Shown: positions 50,634 to 64,000, counted from the stretch's first letter. The stretch: 64,000 bases of DNA from Veleropilina oligotropha (GCA_048128005.1 JBEUKZ010000096.1:682001-746000), one strand, 5' to 3'. A program made the numbers and translations. The notes: generated by a model not told the origin, from the letters alone.

Positions 50634-52268
50634 GGACGGTGTCACACAATCGAGACCTAAACTCAAGATCAGCTCACAACCTTCACGATCTAAATTATGT
50701 AAAAATCGCGGGGAGAACTTAGGAAAAGTGGCGCCAAAATAAAAAATGCCACGAGGTGAAGTACAACTCACGTTTGTCAAGAGCTATACACGAGCTACAA
50801 ACGAGCTATACACGGTCAATTGACGTTCCGTATCAGAGCAATACAAGTTCATTCGCGTCCTACTCGCGATCTGTTCGCGACCTATCAGCGTGACCGGCGA
50901 TCAATCAGAGCACTTCGCGAGCTCCTCGTTCGCAAAAAGAGTGGATCACGTGGTACAACCGTTGGCACCGCGAGTATAATAAGACCTGCGCCCATTTTGA
51001 TTATTTTCAGTGTGTACGACATCTACAACAGATTAAAAGATAAAATATTAAATATATGAATAGTATATTTCGTTAATATAAATAATTTGTCAACTTTTAC
51101 TATAAAAGTTAATTCGTGTGGAGAAATGAAATGAGCTTCTAAGTTGGTTAGACGGCAACTTGTCGAATCTTATGAAATAAGTAGTCTCGCCCAAAATAAC
51201 GGGTTCGACTTCTTATTCCATTAAGACTCGACAAGTTGCCATCTAATCTATGCTAAAAGTGAGCAGGATGTTGCATCGTTGCAACCGTTTATTTATTGGT
51301 GTTGATGTGTTTTGGGGGCTATCTTGAGTACAACGTCAATAGGACGGATAGATCTGTTGTCACTCTTTTACCATCTTCAGGCGCGGATCCAGGGGGGGGG
51401 GCGCACCCGGCGCGCGCCCCCCCCCCCTAAAGTTGGCCAAGCATACTAAAATAATATGTATAATCTGATACAAATGACTTCAGAACATTATAAATAAGCT
51501 GTTGCAATGTAATAATAATGCAAGAGGGGGGGGGGGGGATTTCACATCGTTAATTGTCGCGTGGGGCACCGACCCCACGCTGAAAATTCGATTATGACAA
51601 AATAAAATTAAAATTTGACTCGTGCTATTTGAGTGACGGTGGTTCATAAAAAGTTAGAATGAAATATCGCTTTTGCCCTGTCAGAGTGCAGGAGAGGGGG
51701 TTTCAGGCTGTTGATTCTCAAAATTTTCTTTCGCGTGGGGCCCCGCCCCCACGCGAACAGTTGATAGTAAATACAGCGCCCCCTAAGCGAAATTCCTGGA
51801 TCCGCGCCTGATCTTCAATCGGTCTTAAAGCCATCGGCAGTGAGCCGGAGCAGACCTTATCCGATCGCATAATAACGTCAGTTGGTCGTCAATACCTCGT
51901 GCATCTCTTTGATAGGTCTTGAGTGGAACGCCACACTTCCATCACTCCCGACCATTACGTCCACTTTAAGATGATGTAACGAGCGACTCATGACCGCCAA
52001 GACCATTTAGGAGTAGTTGACGACGGATTGGCGTCCGCTACCCGACGAAGGTAGATCGGCTGACTCTCACGATTGTTTTGAGCAGGATCAAAATGTTCGT
52101 GATAGTTTGCCGACTTCTCACGTCCTTCAAGACACACTGAAGACCACTTAAGTCCTATATCAGAGTGTGTCAAGTGCTCCAAAACCTTTCGCGAGGGACT
52201 CACGATTTTTTCACTTTTCACATCGTCAGGTCATCGTGGAGCAAAATCGGGACTGTATGACACCCGCA
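50634..52268 (-). mobile_element. Second, non-autonomous Harbinger-like element
   Basis: TTA|ggacggtgtcacacaatc ... gactgtatgacacccgca|TTA. Confidence 0.7.
51378..51810. mobile_element. MITE with 5-bp TSD, inverted near-identical copy of 23975-24412
   Basis: Same 16-bp TIR; ATCTT on both flanks. Confidence 0.9.
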
Positions 52269-52589
52269 TTAGCAGTATTTAAAGAGCTATCAAAAATATC
52301 GCAACGTCTCGACGATTTTGACTTCGGAACAAAAATTATTGCTGCAAATTCGCTCAAACACATAAAGTACCGTATATCGATAAGAGTCCCACTCTGTCAC
52401 TTGGTAAAATTTGAGGTGTCTGGTTTCAGTGTTTACATATTTACGGCATTTATTTGCAATTTGCGTTAGTTGATTTCTAAAATGCTTATAAAGTTCACAT
52501 TTCATATTATGTTCTAAATATTTTTGCTGATATCAATATCATTTCATCATGACAATGATTTGCATAACGAATTTACATAATTTAATTCG

Positions 52590-52977
52590 ATTTGGCGAAA
52601 TTAGAAATTGGCCCCCTATTTTTTTAATTTTAAATCCCCCATGGCGGCCATCTTGTGTAAGATAGATTCTATGTAATTCATGTTGTCATTGACCCCTGAT
52701 CTAAAGAACATTTTGAGCCTATTTTGATGCTTGTACGATGAAGCGTTTTAAATTTAACGCTACAGCAGTAAACATGTAAACCGGATATTGCGTCATAAAT
52801 TCCGAACCCGGGTCACAATCCGGACCATCTTCGAGGAGGACCGGGGAGAAACCCTACCTTGTGTAAAAATTTATGCGAATGGACATACATACATACATAC
52901 AAATATACGGACATACATACATACATACTGAACCGATTGCAATACCCTCGCCTCTCCTCCGGAGGCGAGGGTAATAA
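52590..52977 (-). mobile_element. HINE-type element fragment
   Basis: ataccctcgcct..aggcgagggtaat hairpin adjacent to a (tacata/taca)n microsatellite. A related fragment lies near 19370-19700. Confidence 0.6.
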
Positions 52978-54089
52978 CGTTAAGTTATCCAAAGGATTCC
53001 TCAGTTTGGTAATTGAATGACTTAAGTTTTGTATTGACACAAAATGTTTACCTTGTGAGACTTTCGTCAACTCTGGCCAGCGGTCAAAATAAACTTAACT
53101 CAACGTCAAGTCAGTTGCAGCTTACGGAATATAATAAATACAAAAACACTGGATATATGAAAATATATTAATCGACTCCGTCTCGTGCGATATTCTCAAA
53201 GCTCGATGGCTAAACATTCGTATTAACCCGATAACATGAATTATATGCAGTTGTCGCCAATTATTATAGGCGTTCGCGATACGACCAATGGTGGTTTCGT
53301 GTGAGATATTTTACAATAACATTTTAGAAGGTGCATCAGCTGAATGTACTTCTGAAATTAACAGTAGGCAATATAACTGAATCTATCTTAAAGATAGATA
53401 TAGTGAAACACATTAAGATATATATTTGAAATGTTATACATTTGTAAAATTATATTTAAGCCTACATAAAGCGATGGAATGTGTTTACTGTCCTTTATAA
53501 CAATATCATTCAGCGAAGCTAAAAATCTGTCGATGACTATCTGGTCATAATCTGAGGTATGGTTGTAGCCTTGGCTATGAGACGTTTGAAGTGTTGATAG
53601 TGACCGGATAGGTTGAAACATGACATTTCTAATGTATACTGGCACCTCGCGTTCTCTTCATTTTAACCTTCATATATATACTAAACTGCTGTCATGAATA
53701 TAATCGACATTGACCAAAACAGAATGTAAAGATTTTTCACAATTTTCTATGTACAACTGATAATTTTAATTTAATGAAAATGAGTTCACCTATTTATTTA
53801 TGCTATCATGCGATAAAATGAACACTGTTAACTTTATGAGGACCATGTTACTGAATTCAGTTCACCCACTAATTACATGGGGCATTTTGCATACGGTCCC
53901 TGTGCTGGTGCAATTAAGTAACGTACAGTCTGGTGGAAAAGTGGGAATAAGCCGTCACGCAAGTGGCCACATTGAAATTTTTCACTTTCTGGGTAATTTG
54001 TTCGCTAATTTTAATGGCCTCGGGTTACTTTATGTGTAGCATTTATTGTCGATCAAGTGTGACCAATCATTTCAGGAACATTGGCCATG

Positions 54090-54435
54090 TATGGTGTCCG
54101 GTTAGGGCCATATGCTAATTTCGCTATTTCGCAGTATCGTGCTCGAAACAGCAATATAGCGAAAGCACGAAATTAGTACTTGCTAATTTTGCTTCTTCGA
54201 CCTAGGACGAAAGAGGCGAAATAGCGAAATTAGTGTCTCTTAATTTCGCGCTTTAGCCTTTTTGTGTCCTGAAAAGGACAAAGACGCTAAATTTAGTGTT
54301 CTAATTTCGCTCTTTCGTCCTAGGTCGAAGAAGCAAAATTAGCAAGTACTAATTTCGTGCTTTCGCTATATTGCTGTTTCGAGCACGATACTTCGAAATA
54401 GCGAAATTAGCATATGGCCCTAACCGGACACCATA
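54090..54435. mobile_element. Palindromic MITE with ~125-bp arms and 6-bp TSD
   Basis: tatggtgtccggttagggcc ... ggccctaaccggacaccata; GCCATG at 54084-54089 and 54436-54441. Confidence 0.9.
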
Positions 54436-54558
54436 GCCATGTGATATATATATTTTATTTCAATGTGCTGTAAACATTTACATGTTTTTAGCTGAACATT
54501 TATACATTTATACGAGGCATACAAGTGTTAAGTCATGATATATATGTAGCCAGTTGCT

Positions 54559-54731
54559 ACCGTAAGGAGCTAAGAATACAAATAACAGATGCATGATAAA
54601 ATATTTGTACATCTATGTAACATAGTATACAAGTTCTTGAACGTACCGTAATGAGCTAAGAGTACAAATAAGAGATGCATGATAAAATATTTGTACATAT
54701 ATGTAACATAGTATACAAGCTCTTGAACGTA
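54559..54731. repeat. 86-bp direct tandem duplication
   Basis: accgtaa.gagctaag...cttgaacgt occurs twice. Confidence 0.9.
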
Positions 54732-55039
54732 CACAAGTCAGTAATACGCATTAATAAGGTATACATAATTACATTTTTTTTACAATTAAAACATACTAAA
54801 CGTTAAATTTAAGTATTATAAGAACTGCGTTTATCTAGTGCATGTTTGAGAAATAGTCCAAGATTAGAAAGTATTTTAATGGAATCAGATGACATAATAT
54901 TTTTACATTTTTGGAGAGATGGCCATCTTGTGTAATATTTTTAAAAATATAGGTTTACCCTCACTTGTCCCACTTCACACCTTTTTCTATTCCCAGTTAT
55001 CCCACTTTGGATATTAGGTAATCAGTAATCACTGATTAA

Positions 55040-55382
55040 GGCCCTGCCACACAGTAAATCAAGTCATATACCACTTGGTTTATAAATCAAGGTTTACCGT
55101 GTGGCACCCCCAAATACTCAAGTTCGTAAATAAAAATCACATGCGACTTTTGATTTACGCTTTAGAACATACTCTATTCTGTACAACTTGTGCCATGAAA
55201 CTTTCCTTGCCCACCAATCAGATACCATGCAGATGAAGTAAGTTCGCAACCCATTCAACCAATAAAATTGCATGAACCTGAAAAGTCGCATATGACTTGG
55301 TTTACCGTGTGGCATAGCAAGGAACATACTACAAAAGTTCCATACGAGACGTATACGACTTGATTTACTGTGTGGCAGGGCC
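55040..55382. mobile_element. Harbinger-like MITE
   Basis: TIR ggccctgccacacagtaaatcaagtc / gacttgatttactgtgtggcagggcc with flanks taa / tag. A related copy lies near 22125-22337. Confidence 0.75.
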
Positions 55383-55499
55383 TAGGTCTCAGCGCTGAAA
55401 TGTGTTAAAAAATAATCAGCTCATATTCACACATGAATCGTGTTCAATTATTAAAATATATGTATATAAGTATTAATTGAAATTTATTTGCATAACATA

Positions 55500-55990
55500 T
55501 TTGCAATGACTCTTCCTTCAGTAAAATTAATTCCAAATATCAAAGGCGGTCGACACTTAGTCTATGGAGTATATAAATTCTTAGTGAAGAATAAGAAAGA
55601 TGATCGGTGCTGCGTTATGAAATCTTGTCCGGCCACATTAAACACGTATCTCGATATGCCAACCAAGATTAAAGACATACATAATCATCCCGCTGACGAA
55701 GTCAAAATTCAAGTCGACTTTGCCTGACTGACACTTTGTTATAAGGTGTTAATCGGATTAGTCAGTTCTGTCCATATTCTCATTTGTCCCACTCCCAACT
55801 TGGTCATTTTGATACCTGGATATCCAAAAGTGGGAACACCTCGTGATATACTGTACTGTATACGAGATCGGCTGATATATTGGATTTATGGACGCGTCTA
55901 CCTGATCTGACACTTTAAAATTTTGTCTACAGGACCCAGCCTCTATTTTTAATATGATAACCAATCACTGACCCTGCTTACAATCAAGAA
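55500..55990 (+). pseudogene. FLYWCH zinc-finger / MULE transposase remnant
   Basis: KGGRHLVYGVYKF...CVMKSCPATL...HNHPAD; downstream sequence is degenerate. Confidence 0.55.
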
Positions 55991-56460
55991 GGTAGGAGCA
56001 TTCCGTGTCTTACTAATGTCGTGAGGCGAGATTTACTTGTAATTGTATTATATACAAAGACTGCTTGTTCGACTCTCTGTGTCTTGGAAATAGATATTCT
56101 GGCATACAAGAAATTTGAGGAAGTTGATCGCTTTGCTGTTAATAAAATATTTATATGATGCAAATTATATTTAAGAATAAAACAAAAATTTCAAAATAAA
56201 ATATGCATGACATTATTTAGCATGTACTTATTAATAACATGATATGAACTGATTTAAAATTTACTTTAATATGAAAACATTGACCCGAAGTTTAAGTTAT
56301 ATCAAACCTCATCGCCCTCGCATCCCATGGGTCCCATCGGACTCTACCTGTGACTGACCCCTATCTTTTAATCAGAATTGAAATCAAATACAATGTTAAG
56401 TTCAAGATATTTTTCTAAACGGTATATCTATGCATTAATTACAATGACAAACACTATGCA

Positions 56461-56553
56461 TGTGCGTGTTATACTAATATCGCTGCAACTATTGTGCGTG
56501 TTATACTAATATCTCTGCAACTATTGTGCGTGTTATACTAATATCTCTGCAAC
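56461..56553. repeat. Three tandem ~31-bp repeats
   Basis: tgtgcgtgttatactaatatc.ctgcaact repeated three times. Confidence 0.9.
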
Positions 56554-58578
56554 TTTTGGTCGTTCGTGAGCAATATTTGCATTACATGTTACATTGGGGA
56601 AACCGTCTTTATTAACTTCAATATTTTAAATATTGCTAAAAACATATACCAGTAACGTTTTTCGACAAAGATGGGCTTACAATAGATATTGTTCCAAAAA
56701 TATTTTAAACTCCGTGTGATCATACGAGAACACACACTTTCAACGTTACTTACCTTAGCCGGTGGCACTGAAATAATTATACAAATGAGGAGATATGTGA
56801 CACACATATTGCTGCATGACTGGTCAATATCTTCACATGCATATAATTTGTGAAATGATAGCCATCCAGGCGCTCCGCCGACAAGATGATACATCCCATT
56901 TAATTAACAATCAAAGTCTCGAAATCTAACACGCGTTAGGCCTACATATATATCATTGTGTAAAATTACAAAAGACAATATTATCATTAAATTACAAAAT
57001 CGTGCTGTCTACATTCTACTCCCAGACAGATCCCTAGACTGCATGATAACGGTGACGTGTTTCGTGTTTATTATACCATTCCAATCATTTCTCAGTCCGA
57101 GTGCCATTTTATTGCTAGATACAATTGTCTTGACATCACGGTGATACAAATCATACTAACCGTTTTCCGAGGTAATAATATTGATCTTCCTTATTACATA
57201 ATATCACATGACAAAGCTGTTATGGAACGGTAAAAGCCGTTCCATAAATTTCGATAAAAAAGACATGTCTCATAAGTATGCAAATGAGGGCGAGCATGAC
57301 GGCCGATCATCGCATCTGGCGCCAAGTTGATTAGGCGGCGCATCACCCTCATTAACATATTGAATAATTCATACGCGTTGACTCGTCGATTACTGACGTT
57401 GAACTATTTTTATTGGCGTACTGGCGTGGCGCGTGCTTTCGAGGCGTGATGCGTCTGAGGCAATGGCAATTTATGGCTGAAAGTACTGACAGAAATTAGT
57501 TTTAAAACGTAAAGTAATGTGTTTAAAAACGCAATAAAATAAGTTTAAATGTAAATAAAGTCATGTGATAAAGAAGATATGAAACTTGTGTCTATTTCAT
57601 ATGAGAATTATGAAACTCGTCAGCAAATTTATGTACCTCGCCAAGGCTCGGTACATAAATTGTGCCCGACTCGTTTCATAATTCTCAAATGGACTGGACA
57701 CTCGTTCGATATCATCTATTTATGATATGATATGTTTTATTGTAAAACATTATTTCTTATAAACACGCGGCTTTAATAACATTGAAGACTCTTTCCGCGT
57801 GTGGAAATTGTCCAGAAACAGAGAGGTAGTCGTGAACCACATTTAACGGCAGAACACTACGCGCGAGGAGAGGAACTTGCGTATATATTATATTATATTG
57901 ACTGAAACACATGACTATTAATATAAGCAGCAATCTCCCTCGTTCGACAAAAAATTTACCGGTTTCCTTTTCCTGAATATTTTACGCGTGAATGATCCGT
58001 ATTATTGACGTCATCGTGGTTAAAAGGGGAAGGCACCACATCTATTTTGTACAACACTCGAAAACTTAAATGTCAAACGGAATTGGATAAAAAAATGAAT
58101 TGGATAAAAAAATAAAGTGATTCAACAAATGTTATTTTAGATTACGCACAAATTACGACATAATCTCGCTATACGCACTGGCTCTCGCTATGCTGATCAA
58201 GTGCTATCGTTGAGCATTTTTGGGTGAACGACCATATATAGAGGCCTAGGACATCTGATCGGATAGAGACTCTAATCTGGGATCGGGGCCCGAAACCGAT
58301 GTGTGATTGAAAAATTATTAAACAAATCGTAAACATCCATCCCACTCAATCAACTGAATATTATTAAAAAGTAATCCAAGAAAAAGAGAAATGCTCAATG
58401 CATCGTTGTCATGGATGATTTGGGGTTACAGTAGGCCTAATTAATACGAAATAATAGTATACTGCACCATACATGGGTGTCATGCAATATAAGTAGGATG
58501 GAGTATTGTTCGCTTTGTAAAATACTTTTTCTTTTGTAATTATTTTGTTATGCATTTGTTATACAGTTCGTGTCATAA

Positions 58579-58822
58579 GGCCGCTTCGGCAGCGCAGTGG
58601 GTAGAGTGTCCACTCTAACTTCACTTGATTCCGCTAATGCGAACAGTAGTGGGTTCAATACCTGGCTGAGGCATTGAAATTTGTTCAAGTTATGAATCAC
58701 AGTTGTCCGTGACTGGCCGAAGAGGGCGGGTTTACCCGGGCGACCGGGGTTTCCTCCTGCGATAACACGGACATGTCCTGCCTTGAACCCCGATGTTGTA
58801 AATATACAGGATATTAAGCATA
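58579..58822 (+). mobile_element. SINE family A, full-length copy
   Basis: Colinear with 33187-33442. A further 3' fragment lies at 61725-61878. Confidence 0.85.
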
Positions 58823-59699
58823 ATTCCTCCCCCCCTCCCTCGTGTCATAAATTTTCCGAGTCGCCATTGTCCATGATGGCCAAAGAGCAATTGTGGATGT
58901 TTCTTATATGTTACACGAAATAATGACAACTTTCAGTCGTAACTATGTCTATCAATGCCACACGCGATGTGGTTAACCGACAAACAACAAAATAAGACAA
59001 CACTCGAACAATTATAAAATTCAATCTTATCAAAACGAACCCGCCTTAATTTTATATTAAATTTGGTTATCATATGATATTGGTGTTTGTAATATAATAT
59101 ATGTAACACTGTGAATGTCACTGCTCGATCACATATATATATATATATAAGTATGTCAGATCGCATTTTTTATTTATTGAAGATTGTATTTCTGAACTGC
59201 ATATCAGGTTCTCAACACTGAAGATAGCATTGTAATTATGTGCATGTAAACGACTCTAATTGTGTAACGTAGACGGTGACATGAATACATAAAGATTCAG
59301 CGAAGCTTCATGCACTCTACGTGTTCGGGTTATATTTTCATGACCTGGATTATTTAAATGTCTCGTCTTGCTGCTCGTTCGGTTGAATGGTTAAACCAGG
59401 TTAAGATGCTGTATTTATATGAACCAATTTGTCATCAAGCTGTGAGGCGACAATTACTAGCATTCACTGAGGCGAAGGCGAGTTCCCGGTCAGAAGGTCA
59501 GATATATAGAGTATCCATGTATATTCCAATGATTGATTATTAAAATACATTTTAGATTGACGGACACAGAAAATTCTGAATAATGCCTTTAAAATGCTTT
59601 GCGGGGAAATCGCAGAACAATTTAAACTCCATACGGGTAAGTATATGATTGCGTTATGATGGTTTAATTGTTGTACCTTTGAGACAGCCAAGTGAGAAC

Positions 59700-61330
59700 A
59701 AGTACAATAGCAAAGCTTCAAACTTGGAGATAGTCAATCGGTCTACTTGCCTTTTTCATATTTGTGATTTTTACTGATGTCGATTCTACTACATACTAGG
59801 AACCCGATTTGAGAAAAAGTGTTTTCTAATCTTTTTGTAATATTGTATTTATGCCCCATTGTAAACCTTTGGCTCGTCTGAAAAAAGTAACTACTGAAAA
59901 CTTTTGTCTTTTCTAGTAAACATTTTAATTACTTAATTGACTCGTATCGCCTTTTATCCTTTTCCATGACACTGTTGTGAGGTTACCTGCTGCTAGTATA
60001 TCTTCATATGAAATTTTTCTCAACTCGACTACCACTTTTGTGACTCTTCTTTGAACTTGTTCAACAATTTGGAAATCCTTTACAAGATATATCAATACTC
60101 ATATATGAATTCCACGTATCTGTGAATTATCATATTTATTTTTCTATATTAATAATAGTATATGGGGTGACACTACCCTCTGGGGAACAGTCTTTAATGA
60201 CCCCAGTGGCATCCACCCTCTTCATTTCATAAATTATTGCTGTTATATCATGTATTTAGATATTGCAAATGAGAGGTGAATAAACATCATTCTATCTATC
60301 TATGCTTGCACTGTATATTCTATATGCGGTCTAACCATGTGCTTGTAAGGGCGTAATGTGATGGCTTTAATGTAAAATTAAAGTTTTCTTTATCATTCCA
60401 AATATTTGATTTCCCCTTTACTATTATTTTGCATATTGGTTTGATAGTTTAAACGTCTTGTCTACATACAGCCAAATCTTTGTTACTACTTCTGAAGTAT
60501 CCGAAGCTATCTTATAATTGTAGGTTTTTTTATTTTAACCCACGTGCAATACCTTACATTTACTGATGTTGAAAAACATTACCAATCCTCAGATCATTTT
60601 AGCAGATTATTTAAGTCACTTTGAAGTTTATACGCATATTGTTCAGTTTCAATAATTCGTAAATCTTCGTATCGTCTGCGAACTATTTTACTAGAAATAT
60701 ACTGACGTCATCAATGTCATTTATATATACGAGAAACAGCAATGGGCCCCAAAACATAACCTTGTTGGAAATCACTAACTACCGGCTCTCACTTTGACTT
60801 AATCCTATTTTGCAAACCTCAGATTTATGTTTTATAGTCACATAGTAATCTAATATAATATTGGACCTTTTAAACCATGGTTACTTAATTTTAGTATCAG
60901 TCGTTTATGTGGTGCTTACCTCTAGGCCTTTCAGCGGATTCGAGTATTATTGCTAAAGATATGTGGATCTAATTCATCTATGCGAAATAGGAAAATGTTA
61001 TCGCTTTATCTTTCAAAACCATATGAGATTACATTCACAGAAAAAAACAAGGAAAATATTCGTCAATCGGCCTATTAACTAAGGTTTTCAGTCGTTTTCA
61101 GAAGACCTATATCATAGTCCCAGCTAGGTTTTGTACACTTTTGTTGCTAGAAATATTTTCAAATAATCAGATTTAAAGTTTGACGATTGAACGATTCGAT
61201 AAATTAAAGCAATATTTTTTATATAAATGGACAGAACTTAATTTGTAGATATCTCCTCTTCATTCGACATCGAATGGGCTAATAAGGTTCAACTCTCCTA
61301 ACATAAATGACATTGGGTCGTGACATTAGA
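59700..61330 (-). pseudogene. Highly decayed CR1-clade LINE
   Basis: Minus strand QGYVLGP..LLFLVYINDID, FADD (near 60670-60681), EQVQRRVTKVV..ISYED and KHFFSNRV. Interrupted near 60120-60303 by a + strand LINE 3' end with an AATAAA-(CTAT)n tail. Confidence 0.7.
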
Positions 61331-62353
61331 GTAAATCATGAACACCTGGCGTGAACGAAATGACATTCGTTCATAAACTACACAGCAGAGATGAAAACGA
61401 ACAAAATACGTGTAGTATTTCAAACAATGTGCTGGGCATCTTTCTTCTCTCATCCCCCAGGGGCTCCAGATTTCAATGAATTGGAAACGCGATTAGTATA
61501 AGTAGTTTCACCGACCTGTCCCGATTTCTAGTTTTAGAGTAGCCTCTAAATACCTGCTTTAAAATCCACCAATGTGTCTTGTTAATGGTGAAATGTTTCA
61601 GTGATATCCTGTTACGAAATATACAACCTCACAGTCAACGGTTTAGTCAACTGTTTTCTATTACATATTTATTTATTTTCAACATTATATATATATATAA
61701 ATATTACCCATATATGCTACATCACACATTTGTTCATGTTATGAATCACAGTTGTCCGTGACTGGTCGGAGAGGTCGGGTTTCCTTGGGCGACCGGGCTT
61801 TCCTCCCGCGATAATACGGATATGCCCTGCTTTGAACCAAATGATGGTTGGAAATATACAGGACATTAAGCATCGATCCTCTCCTTTGCTTATTGTACCA
61901 TTTAATCAACTTTCTGGTCAAATCAGGATATGTTCATTTTATCGCGTGAGGATACAAGAAACCTGTCAGTACAGATTTGTTACCGACAACTGCGATTGTA
62001 CATTTATCAAAGTGCTCAACGCGATGACGCGACCTCTCCAATCAATACAATTCGTATTATTGAAGTATACAATACATGTTGCTGACATGATAACCAAGTG
62101 GGTCGACCAAAGATAGGTGTCTACTCTTGCTTAGAAGGTGGTCCACTATTATTAGGAGGCGACCAAGGGGTTTCGGCTACAGCAATTAATGCTTGGCGTC
62201 TTTTCTTGTTTAGAGTCATTTCAGTCTTGTTGCGAGTCGATGTCTTATGAGCGTCTATGATTGCCATTAATGCTTCGTATCTCCTATGCTTAGAGATATC
62301 AATTTTCGTTCGAAGGCTAAGAATCTGGCCAGTCTTGGTCTGAGTCAAAGACC

Positions 62354-62588
62354 AGTTCCCGATTTTTTTAACAAGGCGTAGGTCTAGTCTAGGACTAGCT
62401 TACCGTTGTTCTAAGGCTAAAACGATAGGATATTGGACTTGGCTAACATCATTCCATGTATCCTAGCAAGAACTAGCCTAGCCCGCTGTCACAAAACGTA
62501 ATAAACGCTCTAGTTATTGAGCAATGGTAATATATAATATAAACTAGTCCCGAACTAGACTTATCCTTTGCTCATAAAACCGGGCACA
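62354..62588. mobile_element. Degenerate MITE (ctag-rich)
   Basis: cccgatttt..taggtctagt pairs imperfectly with actagacttatcc..aaaaccggg. Confidence 0.45.
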
Positions 62589-64000
62589 GGGGTTTTCGAC
62601 GATGGCTATAATGCGTCTTTTCTTCTCATGCTTAGAGTCTGGCGCAATTTTCGAGCGCGACCATGGCCAAAAGTCTCCACGTTGACTACGTTGAGACGAT
62701 ACAAAAAGATCTTGAGGAAGAACTGCACCAAGAGTCGATGTTAGACAAGTTGCCAACGTTCGCTCGGTGAGATCGTCATGAACTGTGATAATTTCTCGAA
62801 ATATTAATAGCCAGAATGCCCGTAATGTTATCGCGATATTTATAAGGCGCTTCCAGTTTCACGAACAAATGTCAAGTCAATAAGAATGAACATAATTTTG
62901 GAATTTTCTTTTACCAAATCTCAGAATTCATGATCAATATACAATTTGTATATCAAGCCACGATAAATGTAACTGTACCATAACATTTTGTAGGCTACGT
63001 AAATAGATTATCTGCAAACCATTAGCCGGATGATGTTTTAACAGTAAACTGACCAGTCGATATTTGTTTGACATTGTCGCTAATTTAGTTTTCATGTAAA
63101 ACCTCGGCGGGTGAGTGGTTAGAGCGTCAGACATTCAACCGAAGATGTTAGTTAGTTTTGATTTCGAGGCCAACGGCGGCTCATTCTACTGCTCAAAATA
63201 AAAGAAGCATATGCCATATATGTCGGGCACATCCGAATGAGGACATAAACCGGATGTCTCGACTGCGATACGATCGAAAAAATGTGATCGTAAACAAAGT
63301 TAGTTACCAAACAACCCAAAATACGATTGGGCCTGAACAACACTTTATCTTCGTTTTCAACCACATCTTTGTGTTATGGTTATTTACTTCTTTATATTTT
63401 TCTTCTAACAGATGCCGAAAAAAACTTGAAAATGTTCTGCGCTCCAAATATGTTCTATTAACAATTGTGTGCTTGTGCGCCATTGACTGTTCGTTCGTTC
63501 TCGGCGAGGTGATCCTAGATTTATACAGTATTAAAGGTACGGGAAATAGCACGGCTGTAGCAATAACACTCTCTGTTCACGTCATTCTCATTTCCTGATG
63601 AATTGGTGTGCACAAAGGTTGACAGAACTTTTCTATTTTCTACTATTAGGCCAAGCTATGTTGATAAGGTCATGGTTGACCACGTCCATGGTTTTGAACT
63701 TCTCTCTAGAAATCCAGTTCGGAAGAAAAGACCCATAGATATTTACGGAACAGCTTTAAATATACATAGACCTAGAATGTGGTGGATAGTTTGAAAGGGG
63801 AGGTGCAATGTGTTTGAACAGCTATAACTATATCTACATTACATTACTTATAGTCTTATTTTCATAATTACCAATTTACATATTTTTGTGTTTACCTGCA
63901 TGCACATTATGAAATCAAAGATTCATGTTACAAATGCTTAATTAGTCCATCTTATCACGACATAAACATTAACCCTATACTCATTTCGGTTTGAAAAATG

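Noticed and set aside
62121..63794. Short ORFs at the right end (e.g. 62121..62348, 63158..63598)
   Set aside because: No recognisable motifs or consistent splice sites, and some overlap SINE or MITE sequence.

Overview
This is AT-rich eukaryotic (invertebrate-like, species not identifiable) genomic DNA, not prokaryotic. It holds the last eight coding exons of a + strand transglutaminase gene (5054-14661). The catalytic His and Asp exon is present; the Cys exon lies upstream of the window. Nearly everything else is a nested transposable-element landscape. It includes one apparently intact two-ORF CR1/L2-group LINE (about 25231-31079), decayed RTE, RTE-X, L2 and CR1 LINEs, and three tRNA-derived SINE families. 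DNA elements include two PIF/Harbinger elements joined tail-to-tail, a probable Academ-type element with ~1.2-kb inverted arms, Helentron-type (HINE) elements with ~150-bp tandem arrays, Crypton and MULE remnants, and many MITEs with readable target-site duplications (TSDs). No clearly new biological system can be established from the sequence alone. The best leads are the intact LINE (long inter-ORF spacer, ATGA-coupled uORF, 5' YY1-type motif), a cleanly spliceable antisense DUF4806-like exon inside the transglutaminase intron, the long-arm Academ-like element, and the Harbinger pair. Family names come from motif recognition by eye; no searches were run.
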